DNA from: Felis catus
Lineage: Eukaryota
Assembly: GCF_018350175.1 (NCBI RefSeq)
Contig: NC_058368.1
Coordinates: 191,458,001 to 191,522,000, forward strand
DNA length: 64,000 nt
Reading direction: 5' to 3'
Numbering within the stretch: position 1 is the stretch's first letter; each line of letters opens with the position of its first letter. The position numbers were made by a program, and so were the translations under genes. Shown one piece after another: positions 38,900 through 52,050 of the stretch. The notes beneath the pieces were generated by a model. That model was given only the letters and a program-made list of their open reading frames with translations, was not told the origin of the DNA and did no database searches.

Positions 38900-39290
38900 A
38901 AAGATCATCTCCTATTATTTAGCCTCTCTTTTAGCTACAGAGAGCCAGTGAAATGCAAACACAAGAGTTTAGATGTAACACACAGAAAGTCTCCTTAAGA
39001 GGCCAGATAGTGGGCACAGTGCCTGTGTGGATCGTAGATGTGAGAGCTGAAGGCTCCAAGCTGCCGTGATAGCACGCAAGGTTGCTCTGAGAATGAACGC
39101 CATGTACTAGGGATGGTGAAGCTCCAAGACGCAAGGAACCTGGGTCACTGATGACCTTCACGCTGCCATACAGCCCTGGTGTGCCCACATTTGAATTCAT
39201 TTTATGTGAAAGAATAATCTTTTCCTGTGTAAAATAATGTCACTTCTGGCTTCTGTTATGAGCAGCTAAGTACAATGCCTCATTGATATA
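38900..39290 (+). mobile_element. MLT1J-like MaLR LTR
   Basis: aaggaacctgggtcactgatgac...ctgccatacagccctgg...ttttatgtgaaagaa...ttctgttatgagcagct. Confidence 0.65.
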
Positions 39291-39588
39291 TTAGGTCTTT
39301 CTGATTCTAAAGCCAGGGAAAGCACATAGGGTAACCTACTAACCCTGCATCCTGGAAATCAATTCCAGGCAAACTGGGATGGTTAGTTATACAAAAAGCA
39401 GGTTTCCTCCCTGAAGAGAACTATCAAAACATGTTTTTAAATTTCATCTTACACTTTTTCTCACTGAACAGGAAGATAAATTTTTTGGTTGAATCCAATT
39501 CAACAGATACTGAGTACCTACATGCAAAACAGTATAGAGGAAAAAAGACAAGGCCCACTGCTGGCCCTGAGGATCCTGAGGATTATAG

Positions 39589-40549
39589 TCATTCATTCAT
39601 TCATTCATTCATGCACTCACTTATTCATGGCTTACTCATTCACTGATTCATTCATTAAATATAGTTTCATTCACTCATTCATCCATGGATACTGCACTCT
39701 GGAGTCATATTTATTCATTCATTCACAGATCCCCATTGTCTAGTTGTATTCATTCATTCATTCATTCATTCATTCAATCAGCCAGTCAGCAAACATTCTT
39801 AATAGTTCCTTCTACATACCAGGTATGACAACAGCAAGAAATGAACATCATTCTTACTCCTATGGAGCTTGCATTGTGGTCAAGGGAGAGAGAGAAAGAG
39901 AGAGACAATACAAAAGTGAATAAATGAACAACATAAATTCACCTAGGATTCTTCAGATAAAGTTCTGGACACTGAGCAGCAGAAAGGGAAATCTATCTGA
40001 AGAGGTGTTATCTAGAGAGTGAGAGCTGCATGCCAAGAAAGACCCAGTGATTCATCCAGAGCTCAGCAAATGTAAAGACACAAGCCAGAAGGAAATCTTG
40101 CTGATTCTAGGATCAGAAAGAAGACTAAACAGAGAGAGGAATGCCTGGAGCAAGGGTGGGGATAGTAAGAGAGAAGTCAGAAAGATAGAAGGGTCTGATT
40201 CTATCAGATCCTATAGACCATGACAGTAGATTTAGATTTTATTGTAAGTGCAATAAGTAAAATAGGAAGCCAATGGAAGATTCTAAAGCAGAGAATAAGA
40301 TCTATGCTTTAAAAAAAAAAAAATCACTCCAATTGCTGGGTAGAAAATGAATTATGAGGCTAAAAGAGCGGCCACGAGGAGTTTGGTTGGGAGCCCCATG
40401 CTGTAATCCGGTTGAGAAACAAAGATGGCTGCCATAGGATGGCAGCACCCAACTTGGAGAGGGACAAGCAGATCTGGGGGACATTTTAGAGCTATAATCG
40501 CTTGACTGGCTAATGGATGGCATTTTGCACCAGCAACAGGATTCACCTT
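39589..40549 (-). mobile_element. L2 fragment with expanded (TTCA)n tail
   Basis: (ttca)n low complexity at 39589-39790, then L2 motifs such as ggaagccaatggaagattctaaagcag. Confidence 0.75.
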
Positions 40550-40564
40550 TTCAGTGGAGCTTCC

Positions 40565-40876
40565 ATTATCTTTTTCCTTTTTTTTTTTTTTTTTTTTTTT
40601 GGCGGGGGGAGGATGATTGACACACAATATGTCACATTAGTTTCAGGTGTACAACACAGTGATTCAACTTTCTACATGTCATGCTATGCTCACTACAAGC
40701 CATCATTGTCACCATACTATTATAATACCGCTGACTATACGCAGTGCCTCTCAGCCCTATGATTTGCTCATTCCATCACTGGAAGCCTGTACCTCCCACT
40801 CCCCTTCCCCCATTCTGCCCATCCCCTTGCCCCCATCCCCTCTGGCAACCGTTTGTTCTCTGTATTTATGGATCTG
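40565..40876 (-). mobile_element. Carnivore L1 3' end with TSD
   Basis: attagtttcaggtgtacaacacagtgattc motif; perfect TSD ttcagtggagcttcc (40550-40564, 40877-40891). Confidence 0.92.
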
Positions 40877-42339
40877 TTCAGTGGAGCTTCCTTCAAACTT
40901 CACTGGGATATTTTTCGAAATCAAGCATCTGAGAAATAATTTACTTGCTTTTTTTGACCCGGTATGGGCCCTCCCAAAAAATCAATGTACAAAATCATCT
41001 CCACTGTATGAAGAGGCAATACCTTGCACCTGTCTGACATGTTTGTGGCAACTATAACATCCTCCTGCTTTTTCTATCATTTCACCTTCGAATCCTAGCA
41101 CCATACGCTAATGAAGAACCAAGAGCACACCATCAAATCCAAAGACCCCTTAGACCAAGCAGGTGTTTCACCTTCAAATGTTAATTCTGAATAATTAGAA
41201 AACATGACCTGGATGGTGTAACACAATACACCATTTACCCACCGAGCACACGGTTCTCGCCTTCCCTCTATTTGGAAGTCTGGAACACCTAGTTCACAGG
41301 AGCAAAGAGATGAAGCCACTGTTTAGGGACCTTTCCCCTTGCTGCTTAGCTGCTAATGAATTTTACAAGTTCCCTAAGCCTAGAGGAGGTCGGCTTTTCT
41401 TTCTCTGCTCCCTCTTACCTTCATTCCCCTCCTGTCCCTTCTCCTTTTTCACAGAAGTGCATTAATCATCATGAGTGGCTGGAAATGGAATCATATGGAT
41501 CACAGGATGTCTTGGTGCAACTAGAATCAAACTCTGACACAGGCCCTCACTGATGAAATACATATTTGGTTACAAAAACAAATGAGTTCAGCGCTGTACC
41601 CAGTACGTTATCAATGCTCAAGAAATGAAGGCAGAATTCCTCTTTATTTATTTTTTCAAAAACTGTCTTCAACCATGTCATGGCCATGGACCTGGGCCTT
41701 TCCTACATGTGAGCTGGTTGGTTTTTAATCTGCACGGCAAGTTTAGAGAATGTATGGTCCTCTAACTCTTGCAGATAAGGAAAGCGAGGCTCAGTGAAAC
41801 CAGGCAATTTGTTGACCACAACCTATAGCGAGTGCCGTGCTACAACTCAAAGCAAGATTCTAACAGCCCCAAAGCCTGTGCACTTCTGCTCTCTCAGCCT
41901 CCCCTCCACTCAGCATAACAGAGAGATGAACATGGGGTCCGAAAACACAGATTCAAGTCTTAACCCCTCACGATCTTCAGAGATTAAATAATCTCTTTAG
42001 AGGTCACTTAATCAAAGAACCCAATTTCCCAGGGCCTCGGCTTCAGCATCCTTACAAGGACTTAGAGAGTAATGCCTGTGAAGGTGTTTTATAAACTATA
42101 AATTTTATGACAGATCATTATAAATTTTAAAAACAAAATAAAATTCAAACAAGCAAATGATGACGCATATAAAATAAACTGGATTTTTTTTCCCTACAAG
42201 TAACTTGCCTGTTAAGAACATTTCTCAAGTATTTAATAGTAGAAAAGCTTTAATAATGGGAGATTTGATACTAATTAAACCCACCAGTATTGGAAAGCTC
42301 TCAACCTACGATAATAATGACAATAATAATAACAATACA

Positions 42340-42545
42340 GTTATTAAGTGTTTAGCCTTTGCAAGACTGTGTTTTAAGTGTTAACTCATTAATTCTCCAA
42401 AATCTCTAGAAGGCAGGTGTTACCATAGTCTCCAGTTAACAAATAAGCAAACAGAGGCACAGAGAGGTGACGGTAACTTGTCAGGTGAAATGTTAGGATG
42501 TGAATCCAGACAGCCTTGATCCCTGCCCACATTTAACTACTATAC
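42340..42545 (-). mobile_element. MIR
   Basis: ttaactcattaattctcc...aaacagaggcacagagaggt...aacttg. Confidence 0.7.
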
Positions 42546-42791
42546 AGGCCTATAGCGCATACTGAAAATCAGTCTTCAAATAATCCAGGTTTTGTTTTTG
42601 TTTTTGTTTACAGAAAGGTATCAATTCTTGAACAGGGGATACCTATGTCTCTGATGAATGTTAAAAATACTTCCAGGCAAGTTTAGCAGAATGGAAATAT
42701 TCAAGATTAATACTCTGGCAGCCTATTGTAGGCTTTCCATAGCAGTTTAAACCCTTCCTAATCTGACTTTTCATCAGTCCTGGTGACTCAC

Positions 42792-42864
42792 GACAGGCTA
42801 ATGATTTCCTTCCCCCTAAGAGTTTCTCGATTTCAGTCCGTTCCAGTTGTCCTGGTGTGGTAAT
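42792..42864 (-). CDS. Candidate exon (73 nt), only open frame ITTPGQLERTEIEKLLGGRKSLAC
   Basis: Acceptor ttgatgtttctgttctaatcccag|ATTACC, donor CCTGTC|gtgagt. Retained CpGs. Ends in phase 1, compatible with the 11989-12071 exon. Confidence 0.35.
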
Positions 42865-45769
42865 CTGGGATTAGAACAGAAACATCAACTATGAATTCGC
42901 AGCTGAAGAGTTCCGAACTCCTAGGTGGAAATGGTCAGATACAGGCAAAATGGTAGTAATGATGCCCGAAGAAACAAGCACCAGGTGATATTTCTTCAGC
43001 ATTCTGAAGCCTATTGTTTGCAGCCACTGCTTACATTTTTTAATTTAGAGCAAAAGAGTGAATGTGCAGCTAGCTATCAGGAAAGATTCTGCCTCTTTTC
43101 TGGGCACCTTAGACTTCTGTCCGGAACCCTGTGCTAACATCCATTGTATCTCAGGGGAACCACTCCACACACCATTTAGCTCATGGGTTGATTCCCTAAC
43201 TTTGAAAAAAGGGGGAGACAGATGGCCACGCATTTGGGAGGGACTGCTACTCAGAGTTATTTAGCAGGACACCAGTGAGGAAAGACAAAAAGCAGGAGGA
43301 AATCTCCACTCCAGAAGTTTTCAAAGGACAATGTGTTTCAGATGTGATCAAGCAAGTTTGATATACAGATCAATTAATATTTAGTAAACATCTACTATGT
43401 GCCAGTCCCTGAGCTACATGCTTTCCTACATGTTATTTTATGCAATGCTCATAAGGACAAGTAAAAATATCAGTGTGCATTGTTACAGAGACTGAATACT
43501 AAAACATAATGGATAAAATCCTACAGTTGAACAGAAACATTTTAGAATTCTGCATCCATCACTCACTCAGTGCTAGGGATTATCCAGACAACTGCCTATA
43601 GATTTTTTCTTTGTTCCATTATTTAATCTAGTTCAGGATTTCTCAAACCTCAATGTGCAAAATAATCATTGTCCAGGGTTATAGACACCAAATCTTATTT
43701 ACTGTGCTTCATGGTCAATTTCAGGACATTTCAAGGTTATTTTCAGGGCCTCTGTGTAAACTTAAGCAGGTTGAAACCAGCACCCTGAGAGGGCAAGGAG
43801 GCTTAAACCCACCTGTTCCTTACTGTTTAGCTGATTCAGCTGGGATGAAAAGGTACGTTTTTGCAATTCATTTGTCCAGAGAGGGGCTACTTTAGAAGCT
43901 GACTTTATAAATTTAAATAGATATAAGTCCACTGTTCCTTTATTTTTATACCTCTCCCTCCTCCCTGGAATGTGAGCTTCATTTAACCATTTCTGTATTG
44001 CCAGCATCTTATTCAGTGGTTGGAACATAATAGATTCTCAGTAAAAGATGGTTAATACACATGAAATTTAAGTAAAATTTGGAAAATTTAACTTAGTCAA
44101 CATCTAATGATACATATATATATGTATGTATATGATCTATGTATATGATATGTATATGATATGATAGATATATCAGGCATGTAGTAATCATCATATAGTC
44201 CTTACAAAATCCCTAAAATATAGGTATTACCATTACTATTTTAGCCCCATTTCCAGCTGAAGAACAAAACTGTATTTAAATATGTTTATTTTGCATATTA
44301 ATTGATATTAATATATTTAATAGTATTACAATATGATCTTGCCTTTTCTCTGAAATAGTAAATAAACATTGTTACTTGTCATTACATATTCTCTTGAATT
44401 ATAACTTTTTTAATATTCTACAAAATAAATATCCTCTCATATCAAAGTATTAAAGCATTCTCCTATGGATGGACATTTAGACTATAATTTTCACTGTTAA
44501 AAATAACTTCCAATGACTCTTTTAGTATATAAGCCTTTGCCTTAATCCCTGATTATTACCTTAGAACAGAGTCCTAGATGTGGGGGGAAAAAAACTGGGT
44601 CAAAGAGAATGAGCTTCCAAAGACTCAGGACACAAATCTGTTTTCTGAAAATTTATCTTGTATGTGTTTTCTGCTTAAAAGTGATAGGTTTAGATTTCAG
44701 GTGTGTTCTGGGTTATATTTTCAATTTGTTCTACTGCTTTTTTCTGACTTTTGCTTTGGAATAATATTTCTATTATTATCACTACCACTACCATTAAAAG
44801 CCAAGATGCATGGAGTCCTCATGTGGGGCTGGGCTCAGCAATTTGCATGCACTATCCCATTTAAGCTTTACAACAAGCCTCTGGGGTCAGTGTGGACGTT
44901 AATCCCATTTTGTCCATGACGACCGCACAAATGTTAAGAATAAAGCTAGGAACTGAAGCTTTGGTCTGTTCCTTGTCAAAGCTGTGACCTTGACCACTCA
45001 ACCAGCACCTTTTAACAGAGGAAACTAACAAGTAATGGTCACTTGCAATATAAATACTAAGGCTGCTATAACTATAACCCTTTTATCTGTATGGCAGTTT
45101 ATAGGACACAAAGCACATCCACATGCATTATTTTAACTGATGACCAAATCTCCCCTATACATCGAAGACTAGACCTTTCTTTCCATTGTTACCTATCTAT
45201 GATACGCTGAAGAGCCAAACTCAAAGAAAACAAAAGCAAAATAGTATTTCTCAGGGAGTCTGTGGCAAAACTGTTACTTAGAGGGAACTGGCAAAAGACT
45301 AGGAGGTTTGATTACAGCTTGACCTTTCAAAGACCAGTGTCGGGAAATACATAACGGAGCACTGGCCCTTGAATATGACCCAGGAACTTCAAAACCAACT
45401 GATGTGGCTCATTCTCACAACCATGGTGCTTGGACATTCTAGCCTTGCTCAAAAAAAAAACCAAATCTGTGCAATCACAGATCTAAGTGAAATCAATGCA
45501 GGCTACAATTGTATGATCATGAATCTACATTTTAAAATACATTCAGGGAAGGGAAAGGCTTACACTGTCTTCATCAGTTATTTAAACTCCTGATCACGAC
45601 ATTCCTGAGCAAAATGTTGAAGTCACAGGAGTATCAACGGCACATTTCTATCTCCCTTTTCAAAACTCGTCTTCCCGTTTCCCATGGAGACTGAGATCTT
45701 TGTGCTTTCCATGGACAGAATCCAGATCCACAGATGTTTCTCTCCACAGACCCTCAAGAAGAAGTGGCA

Positions 45770-45980
45770 TATGGTGGCTAGAAGTGTGGACTCAGTCAGA
45801 ATTCCTGCGTTCAAATCCTAGCTCGGCCACTAATGAGCTGTGTGCCTTTAAGGAAATAATAAAGTCTCCATGCCTTAGCATCCTCATCCTGAAATGAAGA
45901 TCTTAATAGTATAGATGTTGTAGGATTGTTGTGATTAAGCAATTTAATAAATGGAAATGCACATGGTAATGCCACGTAAG
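45770..45980 (+). mobile_element. MIR
   Basis: gttcaaatcctagctcggccactaatgagctgtgtg...cctcatc core. Confidence 0.75.
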
Positions 45981-46437
45981 TGTTTCTTTGTTTATTATTC
46001 CCTCCAGTCAGCAGTCCCTTCTCACATGACACATCCCTATTCCTCCAGCTGTCAAGTGAGAGAATAGTTGATATAATTAAATCCTTCTGAACTCATAATA
46101 ACCAACTGATTTTGTATATTACCCCTGTGTTGTTTGCACATGGGGAGAAAACTAGTGAATACTGAGAAGCTGAAATACAATGAAATTAAGCTCTCGAGAT
46201 AAAATTTCAGGTGTATATACATATAAATGAAGATACATGTGATTGATAGAAAAGAAAGGGTAGAAGAAAAGGAAGAAAATGAAGGAAGGAAGGAGGGAGG
46301 GAGGGAGGGAAGGAAGGAATTTAAAGAAAACAGGTCTTTAAGGTTTCTTGAAGCATATCTGGAATTTTAGAACATTCATGTTATAAGGAACTTTGAAAAT
46401 ATACAGTCCTTTCTTCCCTTGAACATGTGAAAAAGCT

Positions 46438-46540
46438 GGGAGTGCCTGACTGGCTCAGTCAGTAGAACATGCAACTCTTGATCTCAGGGTCGTGTGTTCA
46501 AGCCCCACATTGGATGTGGAGCCTACTTTAAATAAATAAA
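46438..46540 (+). mobile_element. Short CanSINE (tRNA-like head plus A tail, no CT tract)
   Basis: tggctcagtcagtaga (A box) and gttcaagcc (B box); flanks acatgtgaaaaagct / acatgttgaaaagct. Confidence 0.88.
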
Positions 46541-47464
46541 TGAAGTGTACAATACATGTTGAAAAGCTCAACCCCAGAGGGATGGGGTTACCTACCCCTA
46601 AGGCTGCAGTATGCTGTGATTATAATCCAGCTTCACGACTCTCTGTGTAGTTCTCTTTCTACTACATCATGTTATTCTCCTGTCTATTAACAATTTACAG
46701 AACATTCTTGAGAAACTGTGTAAATACGGAAGTTGCAAAAGGAAAATCTCAAAAAAAAAATGCTAGAAGTGGTGTAAAGACAGCTCTGATCTTGGTACCC
46801 TCCTCCTTAAATACCTTTATTCCCAAAGTAAGGACTATAAAATTCCTAAGCATGCCCCCCTCTGCCTCGCTATGACTGTTCCTGCCTTGTCCCTCTCCCC
46901 GGAGGATGTTCAACCTAATCTGAACTCCGCCCATCCCTTCCAACTCCCCTCCTCTATCTGTCGCCACAACCTGCCTCTTGCCTCTTCCTTTCTTCTTGGA
47001 ATACCCTCCTTCCAACTCCATATTTTCCCTACTGACATCTCATTAACACTTTGAGATAACCTCTGTTCCATGCCCCCCGCAACCTCACAAAAGTAATTAT
47101 CTTGCTTTTGTACATAAAAATGAAATGTACTTGTTGCCCAGTTAGAGAATTTTCTCAGGATCCCATATGTTGCTGTATATGTATCTTATCTCCACCACGA
47201 TATAGAAAGCTTGTTCAGGGTTCAATCATAACCTGGTTCATTTTTGTATTCTTCCCAGCAATCAGCATGTTCTCTTTATGAAGTGTTTACTGAACTGAAT
47301 AAGGAAAAATATATTCTGCATGTCTGACTCTTCAGAAAGTCTACAGTAAAACTTTCTTTATAGCCTCTCAATTCTAAAACATCTTTACTGTAACTTGTGA
47401 TCTGAATGCCAGTCATAGGCTGTTTTTTCCAATACGTGCATTTCCTACTATAAATTAACGTTGT

Positions 47465-48045
47465 ATTTTTTTATTTTTTTAATTTAAATTCAAGTTAGTT
47501 AACATACAAGGTAGTCTTGGCTTCATCTCCTACATATGACACCCAGGGTTTATCCCGAAAAGTATGCTCCTTAATGCCCATCACCCAGTTAACCCATCCC
47601 CCTACTACGCCCCCTCCGACAACCTCAGTTTGTCCTTTGGTTTTAAGAGTCTTTTATGGTTTGCCTCCCTCTTTGTTTTTATCTTATTCTTTCTACCCTT
47701 CCCCTACGTTCATCTGTTGAGTTTCTCAAATTCCACATGAGTGAAATCATATGGTATCTTCCTCTGACTGATTTCACTTAGCATAATACCCTCTAGCTCC
47801 AACCATGTTATTGCAAATGACAAGATTTTGTTCTTTTTCATTGCTGAGTAGTATTGCATTGTATATATAGACCACATCTTTTTTATCCATTTATCAGTTG
47901 ATGGACATTTGGGCTATCATTGATAGCATGCCCACATGCCTCGAAGGTGCATGGGCCTCTTCAAATCAGCATCTTTGTATCCTTCAGATAAATTCCTGGT
48001 AGTGCAACTACTAGGCCGTAGGGGAGTTCTATTTTAAAGTTTTTT
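47465..48045 (-). mobile_element. Carnivore L1 3' fragment
   Basis: aaattccacatgagtgaaatcatatggta...atttcacttagcataataccctctag. Confidence 0.93.
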
Positions 48046-48299
48046 GAAATAATGTTAATGCTCAATCTTCTGAGGTACTTCTGTAGCCAAGAGAATAAGT
48101 CCAAGAAAGTGGACCCAATACCAGCCTTTCAACCAGATATGGCATTAGCTTGCTTATTTGTTTGTTTGTTTGTTTGTTTGTTTGTTTATTAAGATATGCT
48201 CAGGCTTCATATGGAAAGAACAAAGAAGTTTTCCTGTTCTGACCTTGAGCTAATAATGGCTCTATATAAAATCTCATGCCCTATAAATAATTCTCATAT

Positions 48300-49000
48300 C
48301 TGGGGGAAGAAAAGAGTTCATTAGCTAAAAGGCCAAATGATAGGAATACATAATTTACATGAATGGAAATACAAATAATAAGCAAACAAATTAAGAAAAT
48401 TACCATCTTCACAAGGAAGAAAGAAACCATAATTAAATCAATCTTAAAGTGTAATTTTAAGCCTATAAAATTAACAAAAACATTTCTCATGATTAAACTT
48501 ATTGTTGACACAGACCCGAGGACAAGCAGTTCCTATATACGTTGTTTGCAGCTGAGTAAAATTGGTAGCATCCTTCCAAAATCAGAATGGTAAAAAGCAA
48601 GTGCTATAAAAATGTTCTAACCTTCAGATCCAATAAATCTATTTTTGTGAATATGTACTCTAAAAATAATTGAATGGAAGGAAAAATAGTGTATGCACAA
48701 CAGTATTTATTGCAGCATTACTAAAAATAAAAGAAAACCAGCAGGCAATCTAAATATGCAACAATAAGGCAATGATTTAGTAAATTGCAATAGATCAACA
48801 TGATGAAATTGTATACTGTTAAAATTATTGTAACTAGAAGGAAATGTAGAAAATGTTTACGATGCACAGTTAAATGAGAAATGCAAAATACAAAATGCTG
48901 TATGCACTATGAGAGCAACAACGTAAAATATACAGATGCAGCAAAAATTTGGAGAGCAATATATAAAAATGGAAACAGGTCCACAATAGTTGTGTTCAGG
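48300..49000 (+). mobile_element. Old L1ME-like fragment
   Basis: A-rich, gtatttattgcagcatt...aatctaaatatgcaacaata motifs. Confidence 0.6.
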
Positions 49001-49979
49001 CATGAAGTAAATAAGGGACTTGCTTTTTTAAAATGCATAAATCCTCAGAACTTCTTAAAAATTAGTAATTTTTATTATCCAACCTACTTTTACATCAACC
49101 ATTTGTTCAGCCCACTCACATAATTTTTCAATGTGTTTCCACTGTGACCTTATCAGCTAAGCTAATATGCTCATTGAGACCTGTATATGAATTATTCCAC
49201 GAAAGGCACGTTCAAGGAAGTCATGGACCTGCCTTGTGCCTACAAATCTATAAGCTCTACAATTTCAACATTTTGCCCAAAACTCATCTCTAGGAAGCTT
49301 TCCTTCAGTGATTTCTCACAGAGTCATTTACCCACGATCTTTGTGACAATTATTTTCATTAGTTACTACATCATGTTCTAAGCATCCACCAATTGCTAGA
49401 TGATATGTGTTTTTACCTTTCTACACAATTTTCAGGTTCTCAAAAGAAAAAACCAGTCCTCATCCATTTTTTTTTCACTAGTTCCAATTAAGCCCAGGAA
49501 AAAGGTTTTTACACAGGGAATACTCAGTAAATTTGCTCAATGAACGGAACCCTAAGTTTTCAACTTCAAAATAGCTAGTCAGTTAGCTATTGTATTATAG
49601 CAGTTGTATTATAAATACAACCATCAATAAATGTTTTCCAGTGTGCTAAATCTGTCTACCCTTGCCTTCTCTCTTTGCCTCTCAGTCTTTACTTATTGCC
49701 AATTTTGATTAATTATGGACATGTCTGTGATAACTCGGAATAATGGTTCAAATGAATTTGTTTTTATTATGTATCATGTATATGGCTTCATACTTTGTCC
49801 AACTAATATTCTAGATAGATCCTATGGATTCTAACTATATGTTGAGAGCAGCAAATATGTCTCCACTTCATGAATGTGAGTTACAATTTTCTCTATGAAC
49901 TACTTTCATGGATGTATAACAAATAGGCAAAAATTAGTAAAGAACAAAAATGACAGACTATTAATAATTTAAGAAACAA

Positions 49980-50205
49980 GGGGCACCTGGGTGGCTCAGC
50001 CTGTTAAGCGTCCAACTTCAGCTCAGGTCATGATCTCATAATTCATGGGTTCAAGCCCCACGTTAGACTCTGTGCTGACAGCTCAGAGCCTGGAGCCTGC
50101 TTCAGATTCTTTGTGTCCCTGTCTTTCTGCCCCTCCCCTCCTTGTTTGTGTTCTGTCTCTGTCTCTCTCTCTCTCAAAAATAAATAAGTAAACATTAAAA
50201 AATGA
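49980..50205 (+). mobile_element. CanSINE inserted near the 5' edge of an L1 3' fragment
   Basis: Flanked by aagaaacaa on both sides. Confidence 0.95.
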
Positions 50206-50462
50206 GAAAGAAACAAAACAGAAGAACATATGGTAAGGGCGGGGAAGGGGGGGAGAGAAGAGAGGGAAACAAACCACAAAATATTCTTACTGATAGAGAA
50301 CCGAGAGTTGATCCAGGGAGGTGAATGAGAGATGGGCTGGAAGGGTGATGGGTATTAAGGAGGGCACTTGTGATAACTACTGGGTGTTGTATGTGAGTGA
50401 TGAATCACTGAATTCTACTCCTGAAACCAATACTGCACTGTATGTTAACTAGAATTTAAATA
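50206..50462 (+). mobile_element. Carnivore L1 3'UTR fragment
   Basis: gggtgatgggtattaaggagggcacttg...gatgaatcactgaattctactcctgaaacc. Confidence 0.92.
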
Positions 50463-50476
50463 AGAAAGAAAAAAAA

Positions 50477-50532
<56 letters not shown>

Positions 50533-50625
50533 AAAGAAAAGAAAAGAAAAGAAAAGAAAAGAAAAGAAAAGAAAAGAAAAGAAAAGAAAAGAAAAGAAAA
50601 GAAAAGAAAAGAAAAGAAAAAAGAA
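50463..50625. repeat. Compound (GAAA)n(GAAAA)n microsatellite derived from the L1 tail
   Basis: Directly visible. Confidence 0.98.
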
Positions 50626-50740
50626 AGCAAAAGAACGAATGAACACAGGAGCTTCAAATATAGAGTCTGGTTAAAATATGATTTGAACTGGTGGACAATA
50701 ACACAGATATGTTTAAAATTTTTAAAATAAATGAGATACA

Positions 50741-50949
50741 GGGGCTCCTGGGTGGCTCAGTCGGGTAAGCATCCGACTTTGGGTCAGGTCATGATCTCAT
50801 GGTTGGTGGGTTCAAGCCCCGCATAGGGCTCTGTGCTGACAGCTCAGCGCCTGGAGCCTGCTTCATATTCTGTGTCTCCCTCTCTCTCTGTCCTCCCCCA
50901 CTCATTCTCTGTTTCTGTTTCAAAAATAAATAAACATTAAAAAAATTTT
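50741..50949 (+). mobile_element. CanSINE with TSD
   Basis: TSD aataaatgagataca / aataagtgagataca. Confidence 0.96.
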
Positions 50950-51485
50950 AATAAGTGAGATACATAAGTTACTAATACAAATTAGTACAGGTGTACTAAT
51001 ATAAAATTAAGATTAAATGAAGCAAATAATAACACCAATCTCTAAGAATTGTGTTAAACTTATTAAACTGGGTAGTAGACAGTTTACTTAATATCAGAAA
51101 GGATTACATTGATGAGCCACAAGAAACAATCATTGATCATTGTGTTTACTCTCTAGGAAATATCCACTGACTGAAAGCCTTTTCGTTATTTTATTTTCTT
51201 ATAATTAAGACTTACATGAAAAACCATTTGGGTTTAACTGTCATGGATTCTCTTTCTAAAACAGTGTGGCTTTTACCATCTTAGTAAATAGAGTCAAGAA
51301 ATAGGGTTTAGTTTGTGGTGGATGGTTTGGGATCTTAAAGAGAAACAGGACATTATTTTGTATGGTAAGTATATATCAGGTTTAAAGTATTGGCCTCAGG
51401 GTTTTCCCTGATCCTTCCAAAACTGAGTTTAGTATGTCCCTCCTATGTTCTGTGCATATGCAGTGATTGCTCTTACCACCTTATA

Positions 51486-52050
51486 TTCATTCATTCATTC
51501 ATTCATTCACTCAGTTATCCAAACAACGTTCACGGAGTGCCATTTATGGCCCGGACAATGTGTGGACGTTACCGCAATGAATGACTTAACCTCCATGCCT
51601 TCTCGCATGAAGCTTAGAGTCTAGAATAAGAAATAGAAATCTAACATCATGAAAACAATCAGTTACATTGCTGATAAGTGCTGTAAAAAAGAAAAGGTAT
51701 TTGTGATGAGGGAGTGATGAGAATATACAGCAAGAGATAAACATCTGGTCTTGAAGGACAAAGAAGGGAAAAGTAACGGTTTACAGTCAAATGCTGAAGG
51801 ATGACTGGAATCTGGCCAGACAAATGGGAGCTAGAAGAACACTCCTGGAAGCAGAACGGGCAAACGGGAAAGCTCCGAGGTGGAGAGGATCTTGGCAGGC
51901 ACGAGGTGCTGGTGCAAACAAGAGAAGTTTGGCTGGCACATTTAACATGAAAAGAGTAGAGGAAGATGTACCTGGAAACTATGTAGGGGACAGAAGGCAC
52001 AGGGCCTGAGAAGCCAGATGAAGAATGTGTGACGTTACCCTAAGAATAAT
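51486..52050 (-). mobile_element. L2 fragment
   Basis: (ttca)n, then gtgccatttatggcccggaca...atgaagcttagagtctag. Confidence 0.7.

Noticed and set aside
39589..39790. Interspersed short repeats resembling an array
   Set aside because: Degenerate (TTCA)n from an L2 tail; no repeat-spacer periodicity, so not CRISPR-like.
46438..46540. tRNA-like sequence with A and B boxes
   Set aside because: Has an A-rich tail and flanking direct repeats; it is a short CanSINE, not a tRNA gene.
50445..50657. FFSFL-repeat hydrophobic ORFs
   Set aside because: Translation of the (GAAA)/(GAAAA) microsatellite.
50981..51000. 9-bp inverted repeat attagtaca-gg-tgtactaat
   Set aside because: Short, AT-rich and without transposon context; probably chance or a local duplication.
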